A stretch of DNA of 64,000 bases, from the NCBI RefSeq assembly GCF_964204645.1, contig NC_134026.1, positions 1,387,950 to 1,451,949 on the forward strand, in the 5' to 3' direction. Each line of letters starts with the position of its first letter. Within the stretch, counting starts at the first letter, position 1. This DNA comes from Tubulanus polymorphus (Eukaryota; Animalia; Nemertea). Positions 1-46,335 of this stretch are shown piece after piece. The notes beneath the pieces were generated by a model. It made no database searches, was not told the origin of the DNA, and worked only from the letters and a program-made list of their open reading frames with translations. A program made the translations under genes and the position numbers.

Positions 1-615
1 TCAAACTTAATTTGAATTATGAATTTGGTATTTTTCTAGAATTACGAGATTTCACGAAACACTGTATTCCGAATTGAATAGAACTACGTGATCAGTGTAA
101 GCTATGATATACGATGTGTTGTCTTGTTGTTATCAGTATGAACCAAATAGGCGATGTCTTAAAAAACGTTTTTGGGTTGACTTGGTAATAATTCCATGTC
201 TCAACAACATATAAGATATTGTTGTTTTTTTGTCGTTGTTTTGAATGCTTCTTTCTTTCAAAACTTATTCAGAAATCAGGATATGATTTACAAATTATGA
301 CAAGAAAAGATAACTAGCTGACTTAAGTTAAAAGCTTATCATTCTTTTACTAAATACTATGAATTGAAATTTCTAGTTTGTCTAAAAAATTATGTTTCTG
401 ACATCAGGGAATCTTTTCATGAAATCAACTTGATACGTAAATAGATATAGCATGTTCTCCTCAAATTTCAGCTCTAAAAATCTGACCATCACTTTGATCT
501 CTTCAATCAGTGACAAATATAGCTAATCAATTTTGATTTTGAAAATCCAAAATAAACAAACATTCAAGAAATAGAAGATATTTATGAAGTATGTAAAAGT
601 AATTGTATGACTTAC

Positions 616-673
616 CGGCTATGGCTCCCGCTACTAGGAACGCTAGGACGAGTAAAGTCGCCCTCTGTTCCAT
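616..673 (-). CDS. First coding exon (signal peptide) of an unknown secreted or membrane protein; the rest of the gene lies left of the window
   Basis: ATG at 673 gives MEQRATLLVLAFLVAGAIA plus one base, then a GTAAGT donor at 615. Charged N-region, hydrophobic core and A-x-A cleavage motif. TATA box upstream. Confidence 0.8.
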
Positions 674-723
674 TATGTTCAGTAGTTCCAGGTTTTCTAT
701 GGCTCAGTCGCTTCTTGTGGTTG

Positions 724-731
724 TTTTTATA
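724..731 (-). promoter_or_regulatory. TATA box (TATAAAAA) of the signal-peptide gene
   Basis: Consensus TATAAAAA about 50 nt upstream of the ATG at 673. Confidence 0.6.
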
Positions 732-3700
732 CCATCCGAACGATTGCACAAAGTTCAAATTCCACTATTGAAGAAGATCTAAACCTTGCAAAAGCGCTGA
801 CATTAGCTATATGTCAAGAAAGATAACGGGGCTTTGTTTTAACTTACTGCACAATTATTTGGACTTTGTACTTGACGTAAGTGCTTCTCGATTTCATAAT
901 GGGTCGGATTAAAAATGGTTTGGTACAACTACCATCACGGTACACCAGTACTGAAATTCCATGTGCCAGCGTCGTGTTCATCCGCAGGACCTTTGCTCTG
1001 CCGTGTGGTTTTAATGTAGGGTTGTTGAACAATTGCAAACTTAGACGAATAATTAACATCTTTTTTTTACATATTCAAATGATTTAAAAAAGCATTAAAC
1101 AATTCTGTAATGAATGTTATGTTGGTTCCGGGTTGAGGGCACGGGAAATATAGAAATATTGCACAAAACGTCGAAATCAGCAAAAGTTTGAAATTTTTGG
1201 CAATAAATCCGATTGGACCTTATCCATTCTTTAATCGATAATCATGTGAGAGTGATTATTTGTTTACAAATAGTTTATTGGACCCAATTCTAAAGTGACA
1301 TAGTAAATATAGTTATCCGGTCCGTGCCTGGATGAAGTACGTGTGGCCGAGATTCGAACTTCACACTGTTAACACCGTTTTACGAAACACTACGTGATTC
1401 AGATTTAGTCACCTACGCAAATGTACCTTGAACGTTGGACGAGAACTTCTGTAGTAAAAGTGGCAAAAACTGTCATAAAAATCTCATAAAAGTCCTATCG
1501 AAATTCTAGATCCAGTTGGTGAAAGCGGTTGTTTTTCACTCGGAAAAGGAAGTCAAAAGTAGGGTAATTATCTCAGTCAACTATTTTTACACCTTGTCTC
1601 GAGAAATTTCTAAAGCTCACAGTTCACAGTTTGGACTTAGAACCTTCCTCTTGCTGTTGCATCTATGCACATCCTTTTTTCCACTGAAAATGATTTATCA
1701 AAAACCAATCATTTAGTTTCACTTCTGCCCCAATAGATAAGTCGTCCATTCGTTTGTGAAATCAGGGATCTTTGACAAAATGTTTAATTCAATTACATTT
1801 ATTCATGTATCGTCTGCAGGATCAATAGCCGAAAACCTTACTAAAAAGAACCGTCTGATGAATGTACTTTTTCCGGTTACAGGTTGGAATGAAAATCAAA
1901 AACAAAACAAGAGACAATTGAAGACAAATATTCATTAATATACTGCATTTTAATGTACATGCAACAGATTGACTTTATTGCGTAACAAGATAGATGACCA
2001 AAAACCCGATGTTGACCAGACTTCCCATTATTACTGTATGTTCTTCGTAATCTAAAAAATAATCTGTACAGGTGGGGATACACCGCTACTTACATTATAC
2101 TATTTCACAAATACATTCATCTATATATATATATATATTTATGTATATCTATATCATTAGTGACTCAAAGAGAAAATATTCAGATCGTAGATATTGAAAG
2201 GAAAAATACGTATTTCCAGCCATACCCAGAGCATGATCGTACATAGGAAGAGTACACGGCACCAATCAAGAAACGCGGACATCAAAAAGTTGAGCATGCA
2301 TTAAAAATTAGATATCAATATTTTCCTCGTGCTAGACAATTGATACGGCTGGATTGTCATCTGTCAAAATATATCATTTCATCACACAAAAGGAGGGCTT
2401 AACTTAACTGTAGCCACCACCTTGTTTTACACAATAATTTTTTGAATACATTTTTATGCCAGTAGAATACAATAAAGCAACCGAATGCTGCTAATATATA
2501 AATGATTATTTTTTAACATTAACTTTCAAAATATTTTATTCTAATATTGCAATGGCTAACTTCATAATAGAATACTTGATCAGATAAGACCCTGAACTTA
2601 AATCAGATAAGATCATAGATTTCTATTGTTTTCCATGTTAAACAATAGATTTCGAAGAAATATTCCAAATTCGTGATACCTTTTATATTGCATAAAGAAC
2701 CCTTTCTCTCCATGAGATTCTAGTTCACTTAGAAATGTTTGAAGTGAAATCTATTCTCTTGGCAGTCAACCTTACTCTCAGATTCCAAATACAACTAACT
2801 ATAAATAATTCGAGATAAATATCTTAGAATTAGATTTTAGAGACTAAATTGCATTTCAAACAATGGCATTTCGAAGGAAGGGCCAGTCTTTCTGTAAGTC
2901 TGAGTGATCTAAGACCAGTCTTAAGATTGAGATCACTTCAGGACTTGATTGTGACTGCACAACTGGGCCCAGGACTCATCGGATATACTAATCACTATAT
3001 ATGTATACATAAATCTATAACATAATTAGTATACTATACATTTTGATAAACATCTATATGATAACAATTAACATGAGTAAGTTTGATAAAGATTTATCAA
3101 ATTATAAATGAACAGTGCCTTCTGATCTCTACACTAATAAAGGCCCCTGGCAGTGAAAGTAAAATTAGTAGAATTTGAGGGAATCGTTTTTCCTCAATGC
3201 AAATATAAGAAACCTAATTAAATTCATGGAGGGAGAGCTGAGATGTACTGGAACATTTGTAAATTCAAATCTCAAAAGCATACACTTCAATAGACGGGAA
3301 AGTTTTGAGGTCGAAAAATACAGACACTGTTCATTGAAAACACGCCATTCGAACTACAGAAAAACAAAACGATGGTTTGACTGAAAAAATAGATAGAAAC
3401 ATCAATAGACATGTGAAAAATGTTGAAAACCAACAAAACAAAATACACAAAAAACAATACGCACAATAGATCTTTCAAAAAAATAATCATAACGCTATTA
3501 TTAGACCTAGTCAATGAATACTAAGTACACAACAGCTTCTAAACTAAACGAATATACATGAAGCATGTGACCAATTATTTATTTACCTATTACTGATGAA
3601 TAGAGGATTTATGTACTTATCAAATTCATAGCTCGACAGAAATCAATAGATTTTTTCATGAAAATGTTTTTCGCCGAATGCTGCGAATATTTGGTGCAAA

Positions 3701-5049
3701 ATTGTTTCGTATCTTGTGCATTTTGTAATTATGGTAGATAGAAATAATAACTCCATATGAAAATTAAGGATAAACAACTGAAAAACATCAATATGAAATT
3801 AACAATCAAGAAAATGCAAATTTGCGTAAAACGCAAATCGTGTCAAACTAGATGGAACCATTATAACAGCATTCAACACAACATGATGAAAATCTGATAG
3901 AATCGTAAAAATATATATTTCAAGACTTTCATAAAACTGAGTATCTACTACAGGAAACAAAACTACAATACGAAAATTGATGAAATTTACACAGTTTGTT
4001 TTTAGATATTTATCCTGGACAACAAATGCTATGAATTGTTGTTGCAGCACAGTTCAAAAATTAAACCACCCTCACCTTCAGACACATAATATGGAGAATT
4101 GTAATAATATATTTTTGCATAAACTATGTATATTACTTACATGTTTTTCTAAACAATTTGTTCTGAATAATCTCTCTAAATAATAACATACATGAGATTA
4201 CAAACCCGCCGTTTTTACAAGGGAAAATTGCGTAATCTCTAACAAATCGACTACCGGTATATCTAATTATTGCTACTAATAAACCAACATAAAACACAAC
4301 AGTACCAGTCGTACACATCGTCAAAATGATTTTTGATCAGAATTTTCAGGCGAAACTTATCACTAAAATCTCCATCTCTCTGAAGCTGAATTGACGTACA
4401 CTGACAATCTATTACTCTATGACAAAACAAAAATAAAGGCAATACACCACGTTACAGTTTGGCATGAGAAACCGTATGCCGGCACATTCATGAACTCTGA
4501 TCAAGTTGGTGATAGTTTGTGGCGTATTTACCTGTAAAAAAACTTAATAAGTACCACAGACAAATCATCAAAATAATATCACAGTATCACTCAAAACGTA
4601 TATTACAGATATAGTGTGTAAATTCATGAGGGTTTGCTGACCAGAATATACGCTTTCGACATATGCAGTTCTATCTCACATCTCTCCCTTATTGAAAATG
4701 CTTTTTTTAAGTTGACCCTTTCAGTGCTCATACAATGAATATTCTTCACAGAAGCAATAACTTTTACTGTTTGAAATGATTCGCCAATTATCCAAATCCT
4801 AGCTCCGTGACTGAAGTAATTTAAATGGGCCTATAGGGCTGCATGAATCAAACACAACTAAGATCATAAGAATATGATATGATATAATGACTATCAAAAG
4901 GAACGATCATTTACCCCAACAAGAAATAAATGCTGCGCAATGTATGCAATTAATGTGTATAGTCATAAACGAAGTCCACAAAACAGTTGATTCAATAGTC
5001 ATCAGTCAATTCATCCTTTGGCAACAGCACTCACGAGAAACTTAACTTG

Positions 5050-5085
5050 TTACTTTACTCCCATTATCTTGTTAACAGTAGCACC
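5050..5085 (-). CDS. Alternative last coding exon of the ferlin (GATVNKIMGVK*)
   Basis: cag acceptor, phase 0, paralog of 5755-5787 (GAVANKMVGA*); GTGAG donor at 5034 after the stop. Confidence 0.8.
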   Translation of the reverse strand, partial: GATVNKIMGVK

Positions 5086-5754
5086 CTGCAAACAGAAAAC
5101 GTTCATCATCAATAATTTGATAATAAGGTGATTAACAGTTTGACTTACCTTCAAATTTAACATCTACAAATATGCAAAATCTACATAGCCTACACATGTA
5201 TTATATCATAGAAATATATAATCTTGAAATCCTTGTATAAAGAAAGCCCTGCCATACATTCTTTTATTTTTCTATTTAGCCGCAATTTGCGTTACTTTAC
5301 ATGCTTATAAGCTATCACGAAGCGCCTTAACTTTTAGGCTTTAGTTAGTTTTTTTCTTAAGTTATGCTATAATTAAATATGCTTCAGAGTTTGTACAGAT
5401 TTAGATAGTTTTTAAATGCATCTGCGTAATGAGAGAAAGAAAGCATACTTGAAATGATTCTTAAAATGTGAAAATTTTTTTCAGTGAAGTTATATCGTCC
5501 AAGTGAAAGAACCTGTCACCAAAGTTTTCCTGATCAAAAATTTCTTTTCATGCAGATTGGATTGAATGATTCAAATGAAAAGAAATGGCTGTATCGAATT
5601 AAGAAAACCGATAACAAACAAGTAGCAATAGTCATTAGTACAAGCAAGACCTGACGATGCATAATAGCAGCCTTCAGCATCAATATTTTCAAAATGTATA
5701 TTATATTTGGTGATTTATAAATAAAATCCTATTTGCATTTGAGATACCTTCTGT

Positions 5755-38682
<32,928 letters not shown>

Positions 38683-39166
38683 TTTAGCACAGTTTTTGAG
38701 AAATTATTCCGAATTATCTAAGAAAAATTATAGTATATCCATGATATTGGTAAATGTATTGTACGTTCTTCTTGCAGAACTCCAGCTGTCCCACCCTGCC
38801 AGTGTGGCTTGATATAGGCTTCGTGTTTCGCCTCGCTGCTTACTTACAGTACTGCATAGAATGCGGAATGATTTGCATATATCCGCGGTAATATACTCGC
38901 GAGAATAGCCAATTCAAATTTAAATGAGCTCACTCGCATAGATGGCAGCATTAGCTAGACCATTTACCGAGCGAGCAGTACTGTCAGTGTCACACTACTG
39001 ACAATTAGCTTTATCAAACGCATTTTAAACCAAGTTATCTCACATATTCTGAGTGTCACACATGCTAAACGACATCGAAAAAATACACATCCTTGTTTCC
39101 TGTCAACAGTTGCACTTAGAGATCTCTTTCCCTCAACATAAAGGAAAAATGTAAATTTTTTCAAAA

Positions 39167-39200
39167 TTTCCGGGTTTTTCGTGGGCGCCGCCATTTTGTT
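39167..39200. promoter_or_regulatory. Candidate bidirectional promoter core between the ferlin (-) and CCDC142 (+), with a YY1 motif and an ETS-like site
   Basis: GCCGCCATTTTG (YY1 consensus) at 39187-39198 and TTCCGG near 39168-39173, in a CpG-rich patch between the divergent genes. Confidence 0.55.
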
Positions 39201-39830
39201 CATCATGTGACCGTGTTCGCGCGCGGCATGACGGGTATTTTGATATTAATGGCTACCTATAGAAAAATTTCTGTGAAATTAAATGTGTGTTTTGACAACT
39301 GAAATATTCAACAACTGGTCGTTCTACCACGTAATCATCTCGCTCTTTCATGCTTCCCTGAGACATTCTAATTTCAGGTAACTTTTGAACAACATCCATT
39401 GGTAAATGGGCCTATTTGTAACCAACGATCAATTAAAAGTGGTTTGTTTTTTTTACAGCCAGGCAGAGGAGCTAAAATAAATTCCAAATCAATTGATTCT
39501 TGAAAATATTGATGGTGTTCAATAGAAACCTGCCTGTGATTTTTGAGGACTCTTAACTGCACAGGGGCTCGTATCAGAGTTGTAGGTAATGTAAAAACGA
39601 TAATCTGTTTATCCAATGTAGGCCTAATAGTTATTTTATATAGGGCCTACTCTTCATAGACATTTGATTAACGGATTATCGTTTTTACATTACCTACAAC
39701 TCTGATACGAGCCCCTGTGCTTAACTGACAAGAGATCAAACAGGACAAAGTAATGAGATTCCTTTTCACTTTTAGAATTCTTAATAGAGAATGTATTTTT
39801 CTATTTCCAGGTAGTTTTGAAGATCTAAGT

Positions 39831-42800
39831 ATGGCCGGTCGAGGACCTTCGCTGCGATCAATTGGCAAAGTACATTCCGTAGAAACCGAGAATCCGCCGT
39901 TAACTTCGAGTCTTTCGCGAGACGAGGATATTTTACAAATATCGACGTTTGATCCGGAAATCGCGCGCGAAACGACGAAATCGATGCAGAAAATTCTACG
40001 TATATGTAACCCGGGTAACCACGTGTGTTTACGCAATCAGGGAGGTAGCGATTTTCTACACTGTAGACGAAGTATACGTTTAGGTAAAAATTATCTGGAA
40101 TTGCGTAATTTAGTGCAAAAACGCTCGCGATTAGAGTTAATACGAGATTACTGTTGTCGAATACAATCATTAGCCGCGTTTATTAAAGAATTACAAGGTC
40201 TCGTCGCCGAGGAGTACGTCACCTGGCAAAAAGTGACGGCCAGTTGTACGGACGCCGAAATCGGCAAGTCGAATTTAGAGCATTTGCGACCGATCTGCGA
40301 GGATTTACGCTTGCAGATATTTCACTGGAACTCGGTTAAGCAGCATTTACACCGCGACGTCTGGCTCGGCGCGAAACTCGCGACGCTCGGTCACGAGATG
40401 GAATTCGTGCGAATAACGTTCGAACGAATGGTGCACACGGCGTTGTGGTGGACGAGTCGACTCGTGCAACTAGGCGTCGATATTTTCGCTCATATCGATA
40501 TGTCTCGGCTGAGTCAGACGCAGATTTGGAACGTCATGCGCGGTATGGAAGAACTGAATTCGATTCTCGGTTTCATCAAGTCCAACCACATCCATCCATA
40601 CGAATCCAGCGATTTACAGTCGAGTCTTTCGAAGAAAATCGAACTGCCGAAAGATTTCATCGCGTATAAATTCCACGCGCAACAATCGAACGACCTCGCG
40701 TATATTATGCATCCGAATAATTTGAAATCGATCACGTTTTCGAAACTTTTGCATTCGATCGCGGAGACGCACGCTCGATTCGTCGCTGATACCGCCTATC
40801 GATTCTTCTTTCACAACGACGAGTTTCTGACGTTGCTCAAATCGTCGAAAATTCACGATTATTCGTGGTCGGTTTTCAGTAAAAGCGATTCGGCGTTGTC
40901 GACGACGCAGCAGCCGCAGCTGCAGCATCAGGTGCCGTCTGATACGTCCGATTATCACAGCTGCACCGGCAGTCGCACCAGCTTAAGCGATACGTTCCTG
41001 AAAGTCGGAGATCTTCGCGCGCCTGATCTGTCGATGCAGTCCGGACCGCTGTTAGAATTCATGGCGAAAGAAACCGAGTTCACCGTTCAATTTTTGAACA
41101 TCGTCTTTCAGTCGACGAATCATCTGGTGAAAAAAGGCAACCCGTTAACGGCTCACGGACGCGTGCACGCCGAACGACCATTCAACAAATCGAAATCAAC
41201 GGTTCCGACTTCGAGCAGTTCGCAAACTACCGCCGTACCTCCGCCCGGCCCGAAACGACGAAAAACTGTCTCGTGGGGCGATAACGCTGATTCAAACGTT
41301 AAAGCGCACCTCGTGCAGCGTTACTGGGACATGTTGTGGCATAGTTTCGGTAATCATCTTCAAGACATGTTGTTCTCTCATTCGTGGGGACCGGTCGATT
41401 TCACCGAGAAAATGTTCGGTAATATTGATTACTGTCAGGCGACTGTTATCATCATGGCTGTACAGATGGTGAAACAGGTATCGTATAAAGGTACGTTTCA
41501 TCGTAGAAAGTGGAGATTGGCAATTTAACTTTTCATGAAACTGGTATAACTTTATTTTCTGCTCTAATTCCTCCAACTCTTTCCTTATATTTTTACATGC
41601 GCTAGGGCTTATGTGAAATAAGCCAGTCAGAATTGAGTTATCGGCATAATAACAATAACTAAGATAATTTTGAGCTGGTATAAAATCTTCGTCCTAATTT
41701 TTATCCGCAGGTCAAAAGAATCTCATTTCACACCATGAACCATGAAATTTATATTTTCCTAGTAGTAGATAGATATTTTTCTGTTTCAGATCTATTTCCC
41801 GCCGCTTGTATTCCACATTTGTTAGTTGTAGCCAAACGGATGCAAGCACATGCTGCTTTCACTGCTTGGGATATAGGTAAGAGAATGTCCTCCAACTCTC
41901 GGTTAAAGTGAAAAAGACCACTTATCTTTATAAAGGACGCGTGGAAATGGATAGTAATTCTATTTTCTGTACCACTCTCAACTACCTCTCAGAGTGGTTT
42001 ACATACTTGATAATGACATTAATGTTTTATGTAATGGAATTAATAATTGAATAAAACATTAGCAGAAAATAATGCTCATCAAAATGATCAGTCTTAGAAA
42101 ATCAGTTTCCCCGGAAAGATTCATGACTGTTTTGTAGTTAGTTATAGGAGATAATGTATGATTTGTTTCATTCAGGTATTGGAGAATGTCTCGCCAGTTC
42201 AGTAGTCGATCATTGTTATCCCACTCCACTCGTAAATGCTGAATTTTGTACGAAAACGGGTAAAAAACTGCGAGATAGTTTCCAGCCGATGTCCATGTCG
42301 CTTCAAATGATTCAACAATGTATAGACGATGCCACGGATAGAGGTTTGTAACGCTGTGCGGCAGACAGTCATTGTTTGAATCACGAATCGTGTATTTACG
42401 TAAACCTTCTGTTATGATAAATTGACTATGTTTTTTCTATGGTTGAACGTATAACGTTTAAACAGCTGACGACGTTTTGTTTATTCTATTTTAGGGGCGA
42501 GCGTCGGTAAAGTGATGATATCTCGTATGATTCAACTTCCATTGCTTCTACCGGTGATGTTGCGAATTTTGAAATCGAGCGAGAACGCGTTACAGTGGTG
42601 TACGAATAAATCACATGGCTTCCTCAGCACACATTCCATTGGTCCATTCCTGTTAATCACTCAGAGTGATTTGAAAGTACGTAATTCAACAAATGACGAT
42701 ACGGTAGACTGTTTACCGGTAACTCGAACGCTTTCACTTAACTCCTACACGAATCACAACAAAATGTGAATCAAATTCCATTGTTTAACTCTATAATATT

Positions 42801-45800
42801 GCCTCTACTGGTCCAAATTGATTGAGTTAAAAGAGTACTGTGTTACCGGTAGACTGGTATTAATCTCAGTATTTCAAAGTTAATGACAGCAGAACCCACA
42901 TCAGTTGATGATTTAAAAATTCATTCTGACTAAAGTTCCTCATCAGAGATACAAAAATGAAAAGTCTACTGTATGTTTACGCTTCAGAACTGAATGTATA
43001 ATTCTATTATTTGGTTGTATTTAGTTTCTGAGTGATGAAGTTTCAACAGCTGTTCATATGACGCAGAATCTCTGCGATTCTAAAGGTAGCAGATTGGTGC
43101 ACGTAGATAGTTTGATGCAAACCGAACTACGAGATGTTTGGCAAGATTTAAGCGATCTTAGCGGCAGTTTACAGGTAAAACGATCATCCAATATTTCACC
43201 ATCTTAAAGCAATTCTCTCTGTGAAGTTGAATACTTCAGTGATATTATCTGCTGCTCATTTTACCTCAAAATAATTCTTTAAGAAAGATAAAATACAATA
43301 TAAACTTTTAGAACTTTGAAGTCACGAATTAAAAAGATTTTTCAAGCAAGCAATGCCCCTTACTCCTAACAACCTCAAGCTTTCAAGGTAACCGCACTTT
43401 GCCCATGGGCAATTTATTTTACCTAGCGATTATCTGGAGCGTGTATGAAACAACTCTCCGAAGAGATCAGCGACACGGCGACTGAATTTTTCTCCGATGC
43501 AATGCCAACCGGAAAAATTTGGAGACAGAAAAACAATCAAGGTACGACATGGTCATCAATACGGGCATTTCAATCCATCTAATTCTCACTTGTTATGTAG
43601 ATGTAATATTTCTACAGAAACTCCCTAAAGAACTACGTCTACTGGGGTCAGATTGATGGTGGGAAAAAAATGTGAAAAATCCCTTTATTTTGTTGTGAAA
43701 AATAACATGATTTATGCCAATTGTGAAGATGTGAAAAATTGCTAAGATCCCAGAGTTCATCAATCTGACCCCTGCGCGTAACAAAAATAGCGTTTTCAAC
43801 ATGCAGTTCTGGATCCGGTTCCACAGTTGTGAGTTAGAGTTAACTCTGAGTTAAAGTTAGTTCATTTTCAATGTTTTAACTCTTAGAGTCAAATTTAACT
43901 CAGAACTGTGGAACTGGGTTCTGTGTATTATCAACGATAAGGCAGATTTTATCGATTATATAAACATGTGTTTCAGAAGGAGATGGTTTTATTGATACGG
44001 AGGGTAATGACGTGTCCAGTTGTTTTTCACCTCCGACACACACTCCAATATTTATCTCTATATTTATCTCCTTGTATTCATGAGAATTAGTTTAGATTCC
44101 CAAAAATTAAAGTTGTGTACGTAGTTCGCTTTCGTGAAGTCCAAATTGTGACACTAGTTCATATCCTATCTTATCGGCGCACATTCATATTCATTGTCAC
44201 CTTCTGAAAAAGTCAGTGTAAAAAAAAAAGTCGATGCTATATATGGTAATTGTAGACCTGTAGACATCTCCGTGGTACACATTGTTGAAGTTCTTCCGCA
44301 ATTAAGGGTGTATTAAAAAGTTTCATGTAGAAATAGTAGTAATCTGCTCTCTGAAACCTTGATTTCATCTGTTCATGCTGGTTTTACTATAGGCTTTTAA
44401 AAACTATAGATCTCTATTCATATGTCGGGCTCGATTGCATTCATAATCAGTCAATTCACTTCATAAAGTAGATGTGTACAACTTTGCTGATTGTCAAGCC
44501 ACAAGTACGCAACCAAATCTTTGACGCCCTCCCCAGTGGATGCATATGTTCTTCATGAATGGTCATTTACTCCTCGTGTCTCGCTTGAAAACAATTACAC
44601 ATTTCCGATGACGAAAACCTCAGTAGATCCCCATATTGTCTCTATGGCTCCATTCATATAATTTAATCATTACTTAGTTTAGTAATTTTGATGATTGACT
44701 AATGAAATAGCTTATCAGGCGGTGGCCACTGACCTGGCAAATTCAGGAAAATTTGAGAAAAAATTTCGCGAAATTCAGATAATATTGACCACTTGTTTTT
44801 CTTATGGATACGTGATTCGATGAAAAATGAATGAATTGTAACATTCAATCAGTGGAAAGTGGCGCCACCCTGATTATGTGCTTTAGTAATAATACTCAAG
44901 TATTCTAAATTGTATTTTTTCATTACAGAATTTCCGACTGAGGCGAATGAATACGTTCGACACGGTTTAAACGCTATTTTAGAGCCGGTTATAGCCGGCG
45001 CAGAAAAACTAAAGGTCACATCACAACTCGGCGTCATTTCGGTAGCCGTTTCTAAAATGTGCGAAGCGTGGACAGATTTTATACTGAAGGAAAGAATTAG
45101 GTTCAGGTATGTAAAGCTAGTACGTACATGATAAACCCTTTCAGTGCAGTGTATAAATCAGTAATGGACTGTACTAAGTACACCACGTATTAGTAACTAA
45201 CAATGTACCGAAGAGCTGTACGTCCGTTATTCAACACACTGGGGTGGAATTTTTCAAAACTTGCAAATCATCTCCAACACTAAGGTATTGATTAGTCAAC
45301 ACTGAAAAAAGGGTTAATGACTACCAGAAATCTTTGCTTTTTATGCAAAATGGGATCTCAATTTGCTCTTTTTCAATAAACACCATATTGCTTGCCAGTT
45401 CAGACTTGATGGAGGATTGTAAAACTGCATTTGAAATTTCCAATTATGCACTTCGATTGAAAAAGAAAATTATGTAAATTTCAATTGCAAAATGAAACCC
45501 CCTGTTCTGTTCCCGGTAGGTTGGACACTTTAAGATGATGGCTATTTTAAGATGATGATAAGACTACGATATGTTTATATGATGGTTATATTATTTTCTA
45601 TTGCAGTCTTCACGGCGCGTGTCAACTGAAAATTGATTTCGATTACGTCATCTCATGGCTCGACTCTTACATAGAAAATACCGAGGTCAAGCAGAGTGTT
45701 CTTTCTCTGGACGTTTTCAAATACTTGGACGGTATTACGCAATTACTCATGAAACAACCGCCCAGAATCGGGAAAATGACCGAAGAAAAGGGTACGTTTT

Positions 45801-46335
45801 AGCAACATAAATCGTCAGGTTGGCCACTTAACTAGAAATCAAGGTAGAGTCAGGGAAATTTCTTTTCTTAAACAAAGTCAGGGAATATTCGGGGAATATT
45901 GTAAGAAAAAAGTTGAAAATCAGGGAAAACGTCTGTGAAATTTGTTAAGATTATATCTTGCGTATTGGACTGTGTTAATTGATTGGATTAAGAAAAAGAA
46001 CATACATGTCAGGAAATAGTCGCGATCGAAGCAAATGAAAGTGGCCACCGTGACCGTATTATCTGAAAATAATTGATGATTTAGAACACATAGATATGCG
46101 GAGTAGCCGTTGGCTATCTAACAATGGTTCTATTCTATTTGTAGCGACCGACTATAGTCCGAGTACAATCACAGAGCAGTCGTCTATATCACAAACCTCC
46201 GATGTAGCGAGCAATAAAATGGATGACTTGGACACAAGTTCGTGTCTGGTAAAGAACGTTGATGATTGGTTGAGTCTACGGGTACAAGGTGGCTCGAGAT
46301 CGTGGAAGATCGCTACGTGTTTTAACGCGTCGTGA
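39831..46335 (+). CDS. CCDC142: Coiled-coil domain-containing protein 142 homolog, about 971 aa
   Basis: Exons 39831-41490, 41790-41876, 42176-42343, 42495-42676, 43025-43174, 43427-43541, 44929-45106, 45607-45791, 46145-46335 (2916 nt, in frame). Motifs EAWTDFILKERIRFSLHGACQLKIDF, AMPTGKIWR, DWLSLR resemble CCDC142. Probable 5'-UTR exon ends at 39377; acceptor at 39810. Confidence 0.85.
43811..43920. mobile_element. Palindromic MITE (CCAGTTCCACAGTT family)
   Basis: Same family as 17650-17758. Confidence 0.8.
44716..44872. mobile_element. MITE (CAGG..GTGGCCAC family) in a CCDC142 intron
   Basis: TIR-like ends; flanks CTTAT and ATTAT. Confidence 0.6.
45816..46052. mobile_element. MITE (CAGGTTGGCCACTT family) in a CCDC142 intron
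   Basis: CAGGTTGGCCACTT ... AAGTGGCCACCGTG; internal AGTCAGGGAA repeats; flanks ATCGT and ACCGT. Confidence 0.65.

Noticed and set aside
4412-4531. Third coding C-terminus (VNTPQTITNL...) if both tail exons are skipped
   Set aside because: No resemblance to ferlin tails; more simply a 3'-UTR exon
38964-39206. 80-aa ORF MMNKMAAPT...
   Set aside because: The apparent MAAP start is the YY1 promoter motif; no recognisable protein and no convincing splice to the ferlin
39753-39830. N-terminus of the 591-aa ORF (MRFLFTF...)
   Set aside because: Runs through a polypyrimidine tract and the acceptor at 39810; the real start is more likely ATG 39831, and the ORF end after 41490 is intronic
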